A stretch of DNA of 29,707 bases from Archangium sp. (GCA_031367385.1 JANLPS010000468.1:1-29707); one strand, 5' to 3'. Positions 1-8,861 are shown, counted from the first letter of the stretch. Program-made: numbers and translations. Notes: generated by a model from the sequence alone, not told the origin.

Positions 1-308
1 GCATCGGCCACCGCGTCGCCGGTGAGCCGGGCATCAGGCGCGGGAGGCCGCGACTGGGGGTGCGTTTGCGCGATGCCCGCGTCGGCGTCGAGCAGCTCCC
101 AGCCTGCGGCGACCATTTCGGCGCCAAGCCGCTTCACCCGCTCGAGCGCCGCGTCAGCAGTCGAGCATTCTTGCAGCAGGCGCACCCGGCCCGGCCCGAG
201 GTGGTTGGGCCGCGAGCTGCGCACCACGCGCTCCCAGACGTTGGCACCACGAACTTCGAGCACCCGAACCTCTCGGAGGCCGTCATGTTTTCGCTCGTAC
301 CAGGCCAT
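1..308 (-). CDS. Hypothetical protein, 5' part only (runs off the window edge); N-terminus loosely WGR-like
   Basis: Not in the ORF track because its stop lies outside the window. Read by hand from ATG at 308: MAWYERKHDGLREVRVLEVRGANVWERVVRSSRPNHLGPGRVRLLQECSTADAALERVKRLGAEMVAAGWELLD...GDAVAD, with no stop and GC3-rich codons. It starts 2 nt after the DGC stop, so it is probably co-transcribed. Confidence 0.7.
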   Translation of the reverse strand, partial: MAWYERKHDGLREVRVLEVRGANVWERVVRSSRPNHLGPGRVRLLQECSTADAALERVKRLGAEMVAAGWELLDADAGIAQTHPQSRPPAPDARLTGDAVAD

Positions 309-310
309 GT

Positions 311-2269
311 CTAGCGGCTGACGATCGGGATCTCGCCCGTCTTCTTCTTCTGCACGTTGGGCCCGCGCTCGCGGCCAGGGTGCACTTCCATGCCTGGCGT
401 GAACGAGGTCACGCGATTGCGGCCTCCGCGCTTCGAGGCGTAGAGCGCGGAGTCGGCGCAGTCGATGAACCGGGTTTGATCAGTCGCGTCGTCGGGCAGG
501 GTGGCGACCCCGATCGAGATGGTGACGTGCCCGTTGGGCTGGGTGCGCCCGTGCGGGGAGTCGATGTCGGCCACCACTTTGCGCAGCTTCTCGGCGATCT
601 CCATCGCTTCGGGCCCCGAGACCTTGGGCAACAAGACCACGAACTCTTCGCCGCCGTAGCGCGCCAGGGTATCGACCTTGCGTACATGCGTCTTGAGCAG
701 CTGTGAGACCAACCTCAAGATCGCGTCACCGGCCTGGTGCCCGGCCGTGTCGTTGAGCAGCTTGAAGTGATCGATGTCGATCATCAGCATCGAGAGGGGC
801 TGATCATACCGCTCGGCCCGATGCACCTCAGACTCGAGCTGGGCGAAGAGAAAGCGCCGGTTCGGCACTCCGGTGAGTGGGTCGGTCAACGAGAGCGCGA
901 CCGTCTGCTCGTGCAGGCGCGCGTTCTGTACCGCCAGCGCGACCTGATCGGCGACAGCGGTGAAGAACTCGATTTCGTCGGGCCCGAAGTTGGCTTTCTC
1001 GGGGCGCTCGAAGTTCAACACCCCGAGCAGATCATTGCCGCCGATCATCGGCACCGAGAGCATCGAGCCCCCGCCGCGCTCGTTCGAGCCGCGCACCTTG
1101 AACATGGTGCTGGTGTCGAGATCTGACACGTAGACGCTCTTGCGGGTCTGCGCCGCGTAGCCGCAGATGCCCTCACCCAGCGAGAAGGTCATGCCCTCGC
1201 TGCCGACGTTGGCCGGGTAGGCCTTGCGAACCTCGAGCACGCCCTCGGCGGTCAGCAGCATGATCGAGAACTTCGGCACGTGCAGGGTCATCGGCACCCG
1301 CTCGCTGATGCGCTCGAGCACTTCGTTCAAGTCGAGGGTCGAGGCGATGGTTCGGGCCAGGTCGTAGAGAATCTGCAGCTCGCCCACGCGGGTCTCGAGG
1401 CGGGCGTTGACCTCCTGAATCTCTTCTTTGTATTCGAGCTCGACGCGCGCGTGATCGAGGTCGCGCTGGGTGTCGATTTCGGTGGCGGCGAACGAGGTCA
1501 GCCTCGCCAGCATGCGGTTGAAGGCCTTGGCGAGCCGGCCGATCTCGTCGTCGCCCAGGTCAGGGGCGCGCACCACCAGGTCGCCCTCTTCAGCGCGCCG
1601 CATCGCCTGGGCCAGCCGGCTCAGCTTGCGGGTGAGCAGCAGCCTCAGCGAGATCAACGTCGCGCCGATCAGCACCAGCGAGAAGACCAGCACCGAGCCC
1701 AACGCGCGCTCGAAGACGATCGAGACCTCTTCACGCAGCGAAGGCTCGTCGACGGTGAGCTGCAAGACGCCCGCGTGCATGGTCGAGTCGCCGGTGTGGC
1801 AGCCCGCACAGGCCACTCCACCGAGGGGCAGCACGACCTCGCCGCCACCTCCGTGTGACCACGGCCAAACCGAGGCTGGCGCTTCGAAGCGGCTGGTGCC
1901 GGAGGTCACGGCCAGCAGCTGCGGCGCCGCCGACGAGGGCCGGTCTTCTTCTTCGATGTTGTGCGACCAGCGCACCATGCCCTTGGCGTCGATGACCCGG
2001 AGCGTCGCGACCGACTTGAGCGTCAACCAGTTGCTGCGCACCGCACTGGTGACCGCCTTGTGCGCCACTCGCGGCGGCGTGCCCGGCGGAGAATCTTCGA
2101 CGGTGCCGAAGCTCGTCGCGATGAACTGCGCCAGGCCTACTGCCTGCTCGCGCGTGTCGGTGCGCACGGCGCCGTCGGTTTGCCGCCAGACCCAAGACAG
2201 CCCGAGCAACGACACGACCAGCGCCGGCAGGGCGATGGCGAGCAGCAGCTTTTGACCGACTGATTTCAG
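311..2269 (-). CDS. Membrane diguanylate cyclase: TM - periplasmic CxxCH domain - TM - HAMP - coiled coil - GAF - GGDEF (start uncertain)
   Basis: ARYGGEEF active site, RKVD I-site, TDPLTG, MIDIDHFK and ALYASKRGGRN. HAMP: LSRLAQAMRRAEEGDL...DEIGRLAKAFNRM. GAF: GEGICGYAAQ...LSVPM. CAGCH lies between two hydrophobic segments. The ORF-track start at 2440 overlaps pgeF, so I place the start near CTG 2269 behind GGGGAG. Confidence 0.92.
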   Translation of the reverse strand: MKSVGQKLLLAIALPALVVSLLGLSWVWRQTDGAVRTDTREQAVGLAQFIATSFGTVEDSPPGTPPRVAHKAVTSAVRSNWLTLKSVATLRVIDAKGMVRWSHNIEEEDRPSSAAPQLLAVTSGTSRFEAPASVWPWSHGGGGEVVLPLGGVACAGCHTGDSTMHAGVLQLTVDEPSLREEVSIVFERALGSVLVFSLVLIGATLISLRLLLTRKLSRLAQAMRRAEEGDLVVRAPDLGDDEIGRLAKAFNRMLARLTSFAATEIDTQRDLDHARVELEYKEEIQEVNARLETRVGELQILYDLARTIASTLDLNEVLERISERVPMTLHVPKFSIMLLTAEGVLEVRKAYPANVGSEGMTFSLGEGICGYAAQTRKSVYVSDLDTSTMFKVRGSNERGGGSMLSVPMIGGNDLLGVLNFERPEKANFGPDEIEFFTAVADQVALAVQNARLHEQTVALSLTDPLTGVPNRRFLFAQLESEVHRAERYDQPLSMLMIDIDHFKLLNDTAGHQAGDAILRLVSQLLKTHVRKVDTLARYGGEEFVVLLPKVSGPEAMEIAEKLRKVVADIDSPHGRTQPNGHVTISIGVATLPDDATDQTRFIDCADSALYASKRGGRNRVTSFTPGMEVHPGRERGPNVQKKKTGEIPIVSR

Positions 2270-2348
2270 AACGCGCTCCCCCCACCGACCGAACCTCGCG
2301 CCGACATGACGCGAGGGAGAATCGTCTAGCTGGAGTAGGGTGTGAAGT

Positions 2349-3077
2349 GTGCAGTTGTTCAAATCAACCCTGTTGCGTGCACAGCATGGCTTTGCTTCGC
2401 GCGACGGCGGTGTGTCTGAAGGGCCTTTTTCGTCACTCAATGCCTCGCACTCGGTCGGAGACCGCGCCGAGGCCGTCGATGAGAACCTTCGAAGGCTCGC
2501 AAAGGCCGCTAACAGCTCAGAACTGCTGACGATTACCCAGGTTCACGGCGTCGAGCTGTCGCACGACCGGGGGGGTATCGAGGCCGACGGCCTCTGGTCA
2601 GCGCGCCGCGGAGTCGCGCTCGGCATTCGCACCGCCGACTGCTTGCCCGTGCTGCTCGAAGACCGCGCGGGCCGGCGAGTGGCTGCGGTGCATGCGGGCT
2701 GGCGCGGCGTGATCGGCCTCATCGCGGTGAAGATGGTCGAGCGCTTCGCCGAGCTCGGCAGCCCGAAAGACCAGCTGCGAGTGGCGTTGGGCCCCGCGAT
2801 ACAGCGCTGTTGCTTCGAGGTCGACGGCGAGCTGCCTGTGCGCTTCGAGGGCGCCTTCGGGCCCAGCGTGGTGGTCGAGGGCTTCGCCAAACCGCACCTC
2901 GACCTGAGCCTGGCGGTGCGGGTGTCACTCGAGGCGGCGGGGGTTTTGCCCGAGCACATCGAGGTGCTCCCGCAGTGCACGCACTGTGATGAGCGGTTTT
3001 TCTCGCATCGTCGCGACCGCGGCGTGACCGGGCGCCAGCTCTCGTTCATCACGTGTGCGTTTGAAACAGACCTGTAG
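2349..3077 (+). CDS. pgeF: Peptidoglycan editing factor PgeF / YfiH-family (laccase-domain, purine nucleoside phosphorylase-like) protein
   Basis: QVHG, ADGL, TADCLPVLL, VHAGWRG, GPAIQRCCFEV and FFSHRRD motifs. Confidence 0.93.
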   Translation: MQLFKSTLLRAQHGFASRDGGVSEGPFSSLNASHSVGDRAEAVDENLRRLAKAANSSELLTITQVHGVELSHDRGGIEADGLWSARRGVALGIRTADCLPVLLEDRAGRRVAAVHAGWRGVIGLIAVKMVERFAELGSPKDQLRVALGPAIQRCCFEVDGELPVRFEGAFGPSVVVEGFAKPHLDLSLAVRVSLEAAGVLPEHIEVLPQCTHCDERFFSHRRDRGVTGRQLSFITCAFETDL

Positions 3078-3101
3078 CCGCATGAGCGCGAAGGCGATTT
3101 C

Positions 3102-3131
3102 TTGACCCTTTGCGACGACGGTTCGTACACT
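3102..3131 (+). promoter_or_regulatory. Putative sigma70-type promoter for the cpoB-tsaP unit
   Basis: TTGACC (3102-3107), 18-nt spacer, TACACT (3126-3131). Confidence 0.55.
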
Positions 3132-3944
3132 TTTGACGCCATTCGCCTGCCACTCGCCATTCTGTGCGTCGCGCTCACCTCCTGCGCGATGGACTCCGCG
3201 TCGCGCGTCGAGCTCGTCGAGCTCAACAATCAGGTGCGGGCGATGCGCGCGGAGGGTGCTCGGCTCGAGGCCCGCCTCGACAAGCTCGAACAGCAAGTGA
3301 CCGTCGCGTCGAGCCGGGGCACCAGCCCTTCAATCGTCGCCACCGCGAAGGCCGCCGCGGCTGTTGAGAAAGAAAAGAACGAGCCGCTGCCCTCGCTCAC
3401 GGTGGTCAAGCTCAAGCCGAAGAAAGAAGCCGCGCCCAGGCTCAACACCGAGGTCGCCATCGTCGAGCCCCCCGAGGGCCTGCTCTCTGAGCTGAAAGCC
3501 GCCTCCAGCGACTCCAAAGACAATGCGCCCGACGAGGTCGAGACCCAGATCGCCGACGAGCAGTTCGAGCAAGGCGTCAGCGCGCTCAAGACCGGCAATG
3601 TCGAGGGCGCCGTCAAGACGCTCACCACCTTCAGCCAAGAATTTCCCAAGCACCCGAAGGCCGACAACGCGCTGTACTTCGCGGGCCTCGGGCAAATGGC
3701 GCTCAAAGAATACGAGATGGCCGAGAAGACCTTTCACGACGCCCTGGTGCGCTACCCCGCGGGCGACACGGTGCTCGACAGCATGCTCAAGCTGGCCGAG
3801 TGCCGCTTCAAGCTCAACCGCCCCCAAGACGCGAAAGCCACTTGGGAAAAAATCGTCGCCGGGTTCCCCGGTACTGCCGCCGCGACCGCTGCGCAGCAAC
3901 GCCTCGCATCACTTTCAGCAGGGAAACCTGCCTCACCGGAATGA
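3102..3944 (+). CDS. CpoB/YbgF-like TPR lipoprotein (start uncertain, probably near 3141)
   Basis: Lipobox LTSC and N-terminal coiled coil. C-terminal TPRs of the YbgF pattern: FPKHPKADNALYFAG, YPAGDTVLDSMLKLAEC, IVAGFPGTAAATAAQQRL. Confidence 0.85.
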   Translation: MTLCDDGSYTFDAIRLPLAILCVALTSCAMDSASRVELVELNNQVRAMRAEGARLEARLDKLEQQVTVASSRGTSPSIVATAKAAAAVEKEKNEPLPSLTVVKLKPKKEAAPRLNTEVAIVEPPEGLLSELKAASSDSKDNAPDEVETQIADEQFEQGVSALKTGNVEGAVKTLTTFSQEFPKHPKADNALYFAGLGQMALKEYEMAEKTFHDALVRYPAGDTVLDSMLKLAECRFKLNRPQDAKATWEKIVAGFPGTAAATAAQQRLASLSAGKPASPE

Positions 3945-5197
3945 GTGATTTCATGACTTCCAGAATTCTCGCCGCCGCTTTCGTCTTGATTGCTTTTGCT
4001 CCCGCCACCGCGATGGCCCAGGGCACGAGGTCGGCTAAGCAGCTGCGCGACAAGTCTCGCGAGGTCGAAGACAGCGCCAAAGACGACCGCGACTCCGACA
4101 CGTCGTCGGCCTCTGAAGAAGACCCCACGCCAGCGCTGCCCTCATCGAGCGCAGGCCAGCCCTCGGGCCGGCCCACCGAGGCGCCCGGCTCAGAGCACCG
4201 CGTCGAAAAGGGCGACACCCTGTGGGATCTGTCGCAGCGCTACCTGGGCAGCCCCTGGTACTGGCCCAAGGTCTGGTCGTACAACCCCGAAATCGCCAAC
4301 CCCCACTGGATCTACCCGGGCAACAGCGTGCGCTTCTTCAACGGCGGCGGCGAGGGCCCGTCACGGGTCGAGGTTGGCGTCGCTCCGACTGAATTGCCCG
4401 ACGTCGACGAGGGCGAAATGGTCGAAGAGGGTGACCGCGTTCACGTCGACGGGCAGATCGGCTTCGTGCCCAAGAAGGCCATCACCCTCGCCGGCACCAG
4501 CTTCGTGACCAGCCGCGAGATTGAAGAGACCGGCACCATCATCGGCTCGTTCTTCGAGGGCGAAATGCTCGCCGAGCGACAGCCGGTGTACGTTCGTTAC
4601 GCGAACCGCCGCACGCCGAAGTTAGGTGAGCTCTTCGTCATCTATAAGAACGCCGGTGAAATCACCCACCCGTATACGAAAGACATCATCGGCTACCAGA
4701 CCCGCATCTTGGGCCAGGGTAAGGTGACCAAGGTCGAGCCCAATGGCATCGCCACCGCGGTCATCTTGAAGGCCTACGAGCCCATCGACCGCGGAGCGCT
4801 GATCGGCCCCAGCGGCGAGGCCCTGTCGCACTCGGTCTCATTGCGGCCCAATGACCGCGAGATCAAAGACGCCTACGTGGTCACCGCCACCGATACCTTC
4901 TTGACCGTGCTCGCCGAGAACCAGCTGATCATCATCGACAAGGGCGCCGACGACGGCGTCAAGCCGGGCAACACCTTCATCATCTGGCGCCAGCACGACG
5001 GGCTCTCGCAGGCTGCGTTTCTCGACCCCACCATGCGCGATGAAGACATGCCTCGCGAAGACGTGGGCGCGTGCATGGCCTTCGAAGTGAAGTCGCGCGC
5101 CACGACGTGTCTGCTGGTCTCGACCATTCGCGAAATCGTTCGCGGAGACCACGTCGACATGCGCGCGGGCGGCAATGGCGCGCGCTCTGAGAGGTAG
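3941..5197 (+). CDS. tsaP: TsaP-like LysM peptidoglycan-binding protein (type IV pilus secretin-associated)
   Basis: Signal peptide followed by LysM HRVEKGDTLWDLSQRYLGSPWYWPKVWSYNPEIANPHWIYPG. C-terminal IIIDKGADDGVKPGNTF beta domain. Sits upstream of dprA as tsaP typically does. ATGA overlap with the previous gene (alternative ATG at 3953). Confidence 0.85.
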   Translation: MSDFMTSRILAAAFVLIAFAPATAMAQGTRSAKQLRDKSREVEDSAKDDRDSDTSSASEEDPTPALPSSSAGQPSGRPTEAPGSEHRVEKGDTLWDLSQRYLGSPWYWPKVWSYNPEIANPHWIYPGNSVRFFNGGGEGPSRVEVGVAPTELPDVDEGEMVEEGDRVHVDGQIGFVPKKAITLAGTSFVTSREIEETGTIIGSFFEGEMLAERQPVYVRYANRRTPKLGELFVIYKNAGEITHPYTKDIIGYQTRILGQGKVTKVEPNGIATAVILKAYEPIDRGALIGPSGEALSHSVSLRPNDREIKDAYVVTATDTFLTVLAENQLIIIDKGADDGVKPGNTFIIWRQHDGLSQAAFLDPTMRDEDMPREDVGACMAFEVKSRATTCLLVSTIREIVRGDHVDMRAGGNGARSER

Positions 5198-5203
5198 CCG
5201 AGT

Positions 5204-5476
5204 CTACAGCCGCAGACCCGGGCACTGTGCCGCGCAGCTGGCGAAATCGTGCTCGCCGGGTGGCGTGCCAGCGTCGGGGTTGACGCAGACCGCGCCTTTG
5301 ACGCACTGAATACAGGCTTCGCTCCGCGAGCCGAAGTCGTACTCGCAATCGCCGTCGTCCCACGCGGTTTGGGCGCGATAGCAGGCGTAGTACTTGGTGC
5401 ACGCAGTGTCGATGGGTGGGTGGCCGGTGCAGGCGATCAAAGCCATCGCCAGAACGTGAAAGAACGGAGCGCTCAC
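5204..5476 (-). CDS. Small cysteine-rich putative lipoprotein (90 aa)
   Basis: GTG at 5476: MSAPFFHVLAMALIAC (lipobox), then 8 further Cys and a PDAG motif. It fills the tsaP-dprA gap without overlap. Confidence 0.65.
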   Translation of the reverse strand: MSAPFFHVLAMALIACTGHPPIDTACTKYYACYRAQTAWDDGDCEYDFGSRSEACIQCVKGAVCVNPDAGTPPGEHDFASCAAQCPGLRL

Positions 5477-5696
5477 GATGCGGCCCCGTCGCCTGCGTTT
5501 TGAGAGACCATCGACCTGCGCTTTGAATGTGCTGTGCATGGGTTGGGGCGCGATGCAATCGATGCACCACGTCGAGTCTTGCGGGCACCCTCGCGCTCGA
5601 CCTTTTGAGAAACCGCGACATCTTCGCCCGCCGCCAAGACCGTGAGCGGGAACCCCTCGACGTACTTGTCAGACTCGCCTGCTATGCCTTCGCCCC

Positions 5697-6809
5697 ATGA
5701 CGGGGTTGGGGTCGGTTGAGCGGCGGGTGACAGCAGCGTTGTGGTCATTGCAGGGCATCGGGCGTCAGGCCCTCGATCGCCTGGGGCAGCTGGGGCCGCT
5801 CGAGCAATGGCACTCGGCCGAACCAAGTCACCTGATGAAGGCGGTGGCCTGGTCGCCACGGGCCTGCGAATCACTGCGCTCGATTCGCAGTCTCGGGCAC
5901 GTGGCCGAGCGGCTCGAACAGCGGCTCGTGAAGCTGGGGTACGAGGTGGCCTTCAACGGCGACCCGAAGTACCCCCCGAGGGTGAGCGAGCTGGCCCAGG
6001 CCCCACCGATGCTCTTCGTGATGGGCCCCGGGGCGGCGGTGGCGCCGCGAAGAAGAGTGGCCATGGTCGGTACCCGCCACCCAGACCAGGGGTTTCTCGA
6101 GCGGGCGCGGTTCTTCGCTGAGGTCACCTCGGCAGCTTGTGTCGGCATTATCTCTGGCGGCGCCGATGGCGTTGACCAAGCCTGCCATGGGGCCGCGTTG
6201 AGGGCAGGGGCCGAGACCTGGGCGTTCTTGGGCTGCGCGATCGACCAGATCGACGCGGCCCAGCGCCGGTTGGTCAAGCCCTTTCGGGAGCACGGCGGCA
6301 CCCTGTTCTCTGAATTTCCCCCCGGGGCCAGGTCAGCGCGCGACACGTTTCCCCGCCGTAATCGGCTGATCTCGGGCGCGGCTGACGCGGTGCTGGTGCT
6401 GCGAGCGCCGCGGGGCTCGGGGGCGCTGCACACCGTCTCTTATGCCATCGAGCAAGGCCGGCCCGTGCTGGCGATGCCCGGTGACTTCTTCAACGAGGCC
6501 GCCGCGGGCTGTAACGAGCTCATTCGGAGTGGTCGGGCCAGCATCTGCCTCGAGCCGAATGACCTGCTCCGGGCCGCGGGGCTGACGCCGGCCGAGGCGG
6601 TCACGCCCGTCGAGGCCAAGCTGCATGTAGGTGAGCTGACCCCGCTGGCGCAGCAGGTTTTGGCGAATGTCCAGCGTACTCCGGTCGATTTCGAGTGGCT
6701 GTTGACCGAGACGAAGTGCGGGTCAGGAGACCTCGCTTCGGCCCTGCTCGAGCTCGAGCTTGCGAATCGTGTCGTGAAACACCCGGGGAGACGCTATGAG
6801 CTGCTCTAG
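5697..6809 (+). CDS. dprA: DNA-processing protein DprA/Smf
   Basis: YPPRVSELAQAPPMLFVMG, VAMVGTR, IISGGADGVDQACHGAAL, FPRRNRLISG, SGALHT and GCNELIRSG, plus a C-terminal winged-helix LLELEL. Confidence 0.95.
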   Translation: MTGLGSVERRVTAALWSLQGIGRQALDRLGQLGPLEQWHSAEPSHLMKAVAWSPRACESLRSIRSLGHVAERLEQRLVKLGYEVAFNGDPKYPPRVSELAQAPPMLFVMGPGAAVAPRRRVAMVGTRHPDQGFLERARFFAEVTSAACVGIISGGADGVDQACHGAALRAGAETWAFLGCAIDQIDAAQRRLVKPFREHGGTLFSEFPPGARSARDTFPRRNRLISGAADAVLVLRAPRGSGALHTVSYAIEQGRPVLAMPGDFFNEAAAGCNELIRSGRASICLEPNDLLRAAGLTPAEAVTPVEAKLHVGELTPLAQQVLANVQRTPVDFEWLLTETKCGSGDLASALLELELANRVVKHPGRRYELL

Positions 6810-6904
6810 ATCAGGTTTGTTGACGCGATGAGATGCGCCAACTAGAAACCACTGACTCTTTTTCGTCGCGCGAATCGGTTTGGTTGAAAGGAACGACGAC
6901 GCAC

Positions 6905-7648
6905 ATGTCCGCCAGCTTGTTGGTTCACCATGTCCTCGATGTGGTGCTGAACGAAGCCCCGAAGGCTGCCGCAGCGCAGCCCGAGGGCAATGCACTCGTC
7001 GCCTTCTTCAAAGAAGGCGGCAATTTCATGTTGATCAACGTGCTCTGGTTGGCTGCTGCCTTGGCAGTGGTCATCGAGCGCGTCATCACCTTGATGTTTC
7101 GCTACAACCTCAACTCCGGGCCGTTCATGGAGCAGATCACCAAGCTCGTGTTGACCGGCAACGTCGACCGCGCGGTGAAGCTCTGTGGCGCGGCGCCGCA
7201 TGCTCCGCTCGCCAAGGTGATTCGCGCGGGGCTGACCCGAGCCAACCGCGGCGAGATCGAGGTCGCCAAGGCGATCGAAGAGTCGATTCTCGAGAACTCA
7301 CCGCACATCTCGGCCCGAATTCAGTGGCTGTGGTCGCTGGCCAACGTCGCAACGCTGTTCGGCCTCATCGGCACCATTGTCGGCCTCATCGGTACCTTCA
7401 AGTCACTCGGCAACGTGCCCGCCGAACAGAAGCAGGCCTTGCTCTCGAAGGGTATTTCGGAGGCAATGAACAACACGGCCTTCGGTCTGGGCATCGCCGT
7501 GACCTGCATCATCTTTCACTTGTTCTTGACCGCTTACGCCCGTCGCATGGTCGAAACGGTCGAGCTCAACGCGATGAAGCTCGAGAACCTGCTCGGCCGC
7601 CGCGCCGCGGGTGAGACCAGCGCGATGGACTTCGAGAAGGTCTCGTAA
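6905..7648 (+). CDS. MotA/TolQ/ExbB proton channel subunit (AglR-type)
   Basis: GG-x-FM then TM and VIER. ANVATLFGLIGTIVGLIGTF and LSKGISEAMNNTAFGLGIA. ATG 6905 follows GAAAGGA. Confidence 0.93.
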   Translation: MSASLLVHHVLDVVLNEAPKAAAAQPEGNALVAFFKEGGNFMLINVLWLAAALAVVIERVITLMFRYNLNSGPFMEQITKLVLTGNVDRAVKLCGAAPHAPLAKVIRAGLTRANRGEIEVAKAIEESILENSPHISARIQWLWSLANVATLFGLIGTIVGLIGTFKSLGNVPAEQKQALLSKGISEAMNNTAFGLGIAVTCIIFHLFLTAYARRMVETVELNAMKLENLLGRRAAGETSAMDFEKVS

Positions 7649-7698
7649 ACCGCTCCAGCGGGAACTGAAGTTCACTCTTGCTGTCAGGTTGACGACCC

Positions 7699-8265
7699 AT
7701 GGCTTTTCACATCTCGAAAAGAAAGCTGAAGCCTAAAGAAGAAGACGAGATGGGCGAGCTCAACATCGTCCCCTATCTCGACATCTTGATGAACCTGATC
7801 ATCTTCATTTTGTTGTCGATGTCAGGTCTCGCGGCGTTCGGTATTTTGAATGTGAATGCGCCCACGTATGGCGGTGGCGGGGGTGGTGCGAACAATGACG
7901 CGCCTGAGCTGCTGCTGACGGTGGCGATCTCGAAGAAGGGCTTCTACGTGGCCGCGCAGGGTGGCGTGTTGCCTGGGCAAGAGAACGCCGAAGCTGCGCC
8001 AGGGCAGGGTGCTCCCACCGTGCCGACCAAGGGCGATGGCACCTACGACTACGCGGCGCTGACCGAGAAGATGAAGCAGGTCAAAAGCTCGGTGAAGCAG
8101 ATGATTGACGAGGGCAAAGTGGCGCCGACCAGCGATTCGAAGGTGATCATCGCGGCCGAGGCCGACACCCAGTACGAAGTGATCGTCGGCACGATGGACG
8201 CGACTCGCGAGACCGTCGGCGACCACAAGCTTCTTTTCCCCGATGTGACCCTGGCGAGCTTCTAA
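7699..8265 (+). CDS. ExbD/TolR family subunit 1 (AglQ-type)
   Basis: ELNIVPYLDILMNLIIFILL TM with the conserved Asp. Periplasmic VIIAAEADTQYEVIVGTMDA and LFPDV. Confidence 0.92.
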   Translation: MAFHISKRKLKPKEEDEMGELNIVPYLDILMNLIIFILLSMSGLAAFGILNVNAPTYGGGGGGANNDAPELLLTVAISKKGFYVAAQGGVLPGQENAEAAPGQGAPTVPTKGDGTYDYAALTEKMKQVKSSVKQMIDEGKVAPTSDSKVIIAAEADTQYEVIVGTMDATRETVGDHKLLFPDVTLASF

Positions 8266-8841
8266 ATGGTCGGCATGCCGCAGAACCCGCCTGAAGCGTT
8301 GAGCGACGACGACATCTTGCGAATGCGCTTTCGCAAGGCGATGGCGCGCAAGAAGCGCAAAGAGCGCGAGGCCGAAGGCGAGATCAAAGAGCTCAACATC
8401 ACCGCGATGATGGACATCATGACCATCATCTTGGTCTTCTTGATCAAGTCGTATTCGACCTCGTCGGTGACGGTGACCGCGTCAGAAGACATTCGGCCCC
8501 CGGTCTCGACGACGAGGCAGACGCCCAAAGACACCATCGCGATCACGGTGACCCCCAAGGGCATTCTGGTGGGCGACCGTCGCAAGGTCGAGCTCATCAA
8601 CATGCAGGTGCAGAAGGGCGACCTCGAGGGCAAAAAGATTCTGCCCCTCGACGCGGCGCTCAAGAAAGAAGTCGAGAAGCTCAAGTACATCGCCGAGCGA
8701 AACCCGGCGGCGCCGTTCAATCACGAGGTCTCGGTGATTGGCGACAAGCGCATACCGTATGAGCTGCTCAGCTCGGTGCTGTACACGGCCGGCCAGAACG
8801 AGCTCGAGAACTTTCGCTTCATCGTCATCGCCAAAGAGTAA
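8266..8841 (+). CDS. ExbD/TolR family subunit 2 (AglS-type)
   Basis: ELNITAMMDIMTIILVFLIKS TM with Asp, and VIGDKRIPYELLSSVLYTAGQ. The ATG directly abuts the previous TAA. Confidence 0.92.
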   Translation: MVGMPQNPPEALSDDDILRMRFRKAMARKKRKEREAEGEIKELNITAMMDIMTIILVFLIKSYSTSSVTVTASEDIRPPVSTTRQTPKDTIAITVTPKGILVGDRRKVELINMQVQKGDLEGKKILPLDAALKKEVEKLKYIAERNPAAPFNHEVSVIGDKRIPYELLSSVLYTAGQNELENFRFIVIAKE

Positions 8842-8861
8842 CCGCGGAACCGGACCTGGGT

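Noticed and set aside
22..321. Plus-strand ORFs 22..321 and 60..314
   Set aside because: Antisense shadows of the minus-strand gene starting at 308
5492..5526. CCTGCG(T/C)TTTGA twice at 23-bp spacing upstream of the small lipoprotein
   Set aside because: Only two short copies, which could be chance; not enough to call a site
6905..8841. Assigning the symbols aglR/aglQ/aglS or tolQ/tolR
   Set aside because: Orthology versus paralogy cannot be settled without phylogeny
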